Virus record (IMG/VR): IMGVR_UViG_3300027708_000013
Strand: one strand, 5' to 3'
Length of the DNA stretch: 64,000 nt
Origin: a virus
Lineage: Duplodnaviria; Caudoviricetes
Below the pieces are notes generated by a model. The model worked only from the letters and a program-made list of their open reading frames with translations. It had not been told where the DNA came from and did no database searches. Positions 61,352-64,000 of this stretch are shown piece after piece. The stretch's first letter is position 1, and each line of letters opens with the position of its first letter. The position numbers were made by a program, and so were the translations under genes.

Positions 61352-62293
61352 TTAGTTGATTTGTGCTTGTGGTTGTCCAGCCTTGGCCATGTTGACAGCA
61401 TCTTTCAGCGCCGCCGGAACACCGGATGGCAATGTGTCGCCGGATCCTGCTGGAGCAGCACCTCTTGCTTGATTGATAACATCAATCTTGCTGAGATCAC
61501 CGGCAAATTCAAAGTGTCCAATGTGGTTAAGCAATACTTTACTGTGTACCCAAATTTCGCCACCCATGTCTTGCCATCTACGACAGAACAACCAGTCTTC
61601 ACTGAGATAGTGACCACGAGCGTCAATTTTACAATCGAAGATCGAGTACATCATGGGCTCGTATTGTTTACCAAGTCCTACATCATCCACATATTTTGTT
61701 TCTGGAAACTGTGCAATCATTTTTTCATACACTGCACGTTTGAACAACAAGAAACCTGTGCCTGTGGTGTCCACAGTGAAGATGTCACCTTGAATCTTAG
61801 TTTCAGGTTTTAAATTAATCACATAATTAACTGGTAATGCTTTTTTAGGATATAATCCACCAATGACTTCTTTGTCACAGGCAATCATTTGCAAGATTGA
61901 TTCTGGTTGGAAACGAATGTCTGCATCAATAAACATGAAATGTGTGGCAGTGGTGTTGGTCATCATTTTGGCCATCAAGTTGTTTCTGGCACGAGTCACT
62001 AGGCTTTCGTTCACCATGGTGTCCAGGCTCCAATTGAGTCCTGCTTGACCTGCCAACAACACAAAACGTAAAAAGCTGGTCATTGTGGGCTCGCTCACCA
62101 TACCACCGTAGCAAGGAATACCTATGTGCAAGTGTACTCGACTGAAGTCGTAAGGAACGCCCTGGCCTTGGTTGGCCGGAACTAGCTCAGGTGGTTTTTG
62201 TGCTTGTTGTGCTTGACGTGCGGCAGCTGCTTTGATCATGGCTACTGCATCATTTTGACTGACAGGAGTGCCAGAGGATTTTTTTGTACTCAT
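61352..62293 (-). CDS. GT-A glycosyltransferase-like protein
   Basis: IGIPCYGG, SLVTRARN, FMFIDADI (DxD), GTGFLL, YLSEDWLFC. Confidence 0.8.
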   Translation of the reverse strand: MSTKKSSGTPVSQNDAVAMIKAAAARQAQQAQKPPELVPANQGQGVPYDFSRVHLHIGIPCYGGMVSEPTMTSFLRFVLLAGQAGLNWSLDTMVNESLVTRARNNLMAKMMTNTTATHFMFIDADIRFQPESILQMIACDKEVIGGLYPKKALPVNYVINLKPETKIQGDIFTVDTTGTGFLLFKRAVYEKMIAQFPETKYVDDVGLGKQYEPMMYSIFDCKIDARGHYLSEDWLFCRRWQDMGGEIWVHSKVLLNHIGHFEFAGDLSKIDVINQARGAAPAGSGDTLPSGVPAALKDAVNMAKAGQPQAQIN

Positions 62294-62313
62294 TGATTTC
62301 TCTCTTTAATTGA

Positions 62314-62484
62314 TTAGGCTGTGGTTGTTTCAATTTCAACAAGTGCGCCTGCACCTGCTAATTCTTGTACTACTGCTTCTAAACTGGTAACTAATTCTTC
62401 GCTCAGTGCTGTACTGATGTCATCTGAATCTTTAATTAATTTACTAATTTTAATTACTAATACGTCCTCTTGAAGTTTTGCCAT
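62314..62484 (-). CDS. Small hypothetical protein
   Basis: AAGGAG SD before ATG 62484 (MAKLQED); TAAATA upstream. Confidence 0.7.
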   Translation of the reverse strand: MAKLQEDVLVIKISKLIKDSDDISTALSEELVTSLEAVVQELAGAGALVEIETTTA

Positions 62485-62513
62485 GTTGGGCTCCTTGAAT
62501 AATATGCTAGTAT

Positions 62514-63230
62514 TTAGCCAGGCGCTGACACCATGGCATGAATATTTGATATTAATGCAGGGTTTATTAGGCCAATAAACGTAACAATCGCTGGATCGTT
62601 GGTGTAAAAGAACACACCCCAAGTGCTTTCATACTGTTTATTCAGCATGTCTTTAGATGTTTTGCTTAGTTTAACTGTGTCGCCTAGATTTTCTAAATAG
62701 TGTAATAATTGTTGTTTAGTTTGAAGTGAATATCTACCATCGCGTACAATTACTTTGTGTGAGTATGCCCATGGTGTTGGTGTTACAATGGCACCGCACT
62801 GTAACAATGGCACCATTTCCGGCTGTGGGTATGTGATAGATTCTATATATTTTGGATCAATCTTCAATGCTATGGTTTTTAATGTGGCTTCATCTTGGGT
62901 ATAAAATTGTATGTTGGGTTCTTCTATACGTGTTCTAACTGAGCCAGACATGCCTGTTTTGATCTCTTGAACTGTACGCAACAGCGTTAAATCTACTAGA
63001 TCCAAGTTGGGAGATCTATAAAACCAACCAGTTTTACCAAAATTATATCCAGATTGAGCCATAGCACGTCTATGTTCCAACGCCGCTTCAAGACTTGCAA
63101 GTTTTGAATCCAACAGTCTACCGCCTTCGGCATGTATTACCAAACGCCAAAGATATCTACCGTGAAATTGCTTCACAGTGGTAGCGAGTTTGATACCCGG
63201 TTGTATTTTATTCCAGAACGATGAGTCCAT
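62514..63230 (-). CDS. Hypothetical protein
   Basis: 238 aa ORF overlapping the clp stop. Confidence 0.7.
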   Translation of the reverse strand: MDSSFWNKIQPGIKLATTVKQFHGRYLWRLVIHAEGGRLLDSKLASLEAALEHRRAMAQSGYNFGKTGWFYRSPNLDLVDLTLLRTVQEIKTGMSGSVRTRIEEPNIQFYTQDEATLKTIALKIDPKYIESITYPQPEMVPLLQCGAIVTPTPWAYSHKVIVRDGRYSLQTKQQLLHYLENLGDTVKLSKTSKDMLNKQYESTWGVFFYTNDPAIVTFIGLINPALISNIHAMVSAPG

Positions 63231-64000
63231 CGGCGTCCACTGTGGCTTGGGTTGGTACTGAGATTGATTCGAATGTCAATGCTTCATCCACACAGTCAAC
63301 AACCACTGTGGTAGATTCAGGAATCTTTTCAAATAGTATTTTTTTACTCAAGGGTACTTTGATTAAATCGTTAATTTTACGTGCCATGGGTCTAGCACCC
63401 ATTTGACTGTCATGTCCTACTCTGGCTAGATAATCTATTGCTGATTCGGTCAGTCTAACACGAATAGATTTTTCGCTGAGTAATTCATTGAGTTCATTGA
63501 TGAACTTGGCTACAATCTTTTTCATACTCAGTGCATCTAGCCGATTAAACTTGCAAACTCCATCCAGTCTGTTGCGAAACTCAGGTTTAAAGAACTCCCG
63601 AACTGCTCGGTCATCTTCATCACTTCGGTTGATGTCGCCAAATCCTATGCTTTTACGTTCATTGTCGGCAGCACCTAGATTGCTGGTTAAAATAACAATA
63701 CAGTTACGTGCATCGGCTTTTTTACCATTACTGCTGGTGACAACACCTTCGTCCATCAAGCTCAGCAACACATTGACAACATCCGGATGTGCCTTTTCAA
63801 TTTCATCAAACAACAACACACTGTTGGAGTTTTTCTCAATATCGGATATTAATAATCCTCCGCCTAGATTGCCATCATCGTAGCCAACATAGCCGGGAGG
63901 AGCACCAATCAGTTTACTTGCGGCATGCTTTTCTTGATACTCGCTCATGTCGTAACGCAACAGTTTCATTCCAAGATTTTCACTCAGTAGTTTTGCCAAC
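63208..64000 (-). CDS. ClpA/ClpB-type AAA+ chaperone, C-terminal NBD2, 5'-truncated
   Basis: DMSEYQEKH, LIGAPPGYVG, LFDEIEKAHPDV, LTSN, PEFRNRLD, MGARP. Confidence 0.95.
   Translation of the reverse strand, partial: LAKLLSENLGMKLLRYDMSEYQEKHAASKLIGAPPGYVGYDDGNLGGGLLISDIEKNSNSVLLFDEIEKAHPDVVNVLLSLMDEGVVTSSNGKKADARNCIVILTSNLGAADNERKSIGFGDINRSDEDDRAVREFFKPEFRNRLDGVCKFNRLDALSMKKIVAKFINELNELLSEKSIRVRLTESAIDYLARVGHDSQMGARPMARKINDLIKVPLSKKILFEKIPESTTVVVDCVDEALTFESISVPTQATVDADGLIVLE

Noticed and set aside
47-63883. Many short ORF-track entries antisense to or out of frame within assigned genes (e.g. 4798..5322, 24916..25353, 40284..40838, 51149..51604)
   Set aside because: Fully overlapped by motif-bearing genes, with no SD and no recognisable motifs; treated as shadow ORFs.
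1-64000. Stop-codon reassignment, common in some jumbo phages
   Set aside because: Conserved genes (polymerase, thyX, folE, dpdA, galE) are full length in the standard code and coding density is high.
1-64000. tRNA or rRNA genes
   Set aside because: Intergenic gaps are short and none showed a cloverleaf with T-loop GTTCRA and matching acceptor stem.

Overview
This window is a 64 kb slice of a large (jumbo, T4-superfamily-like) dsDNA phage genome. It is densely coding in the standard genetic code, mostly on the minus strand, and truncated at both ends (carbamoyltransferase at left, ClpA/B-type ATPase at right). It holds: (1) sugar/sulfate tailoring genes (carbamoyltransferase, APS-kinase fusion, DegT aminotransferases, epimerases, many GT-like and SGNH-like paralogues, a sulfotransferase); (2) nucleotide and replication genes (thyX, degenerate DHFR, RNase H-like exonuclease, MazG, sliding clamp, family B polymerase, DsbA-like); (3) an early region with repeated sigma70 promoters, a MoxR/VWA pair and a self-contained ParB-like / GIY-YIG-like / HNH-like / ABC-GNAT operon; (4) a dispersed 7-deazaguanine DNA-modification pathway (folE, queD, queE, dpdA-like TGT, dpdL-like T-fold; no queC in the window) with a T4-Agt-like glycosyltransferase and galE downstream; (5) a 13 kb block (47.5-60.8 kb) of proteins with T4 capsid-targeting-like N-termini. 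Proteins in that block are strings of unrelated modules separated by a G-V-(A/E)-E motif that is conserved at the nucleotide level (GGTGTGG[C/A]GGAA, 10 copies plus variants). This candidate protease-processed, recombination-shuffled virion-cargo polyprotein array is the most novel-looking signal. No tRNA, rRNA, CRISPR array, intein or intron was seen. All family assignments come from visual motif recognition, not database searches.
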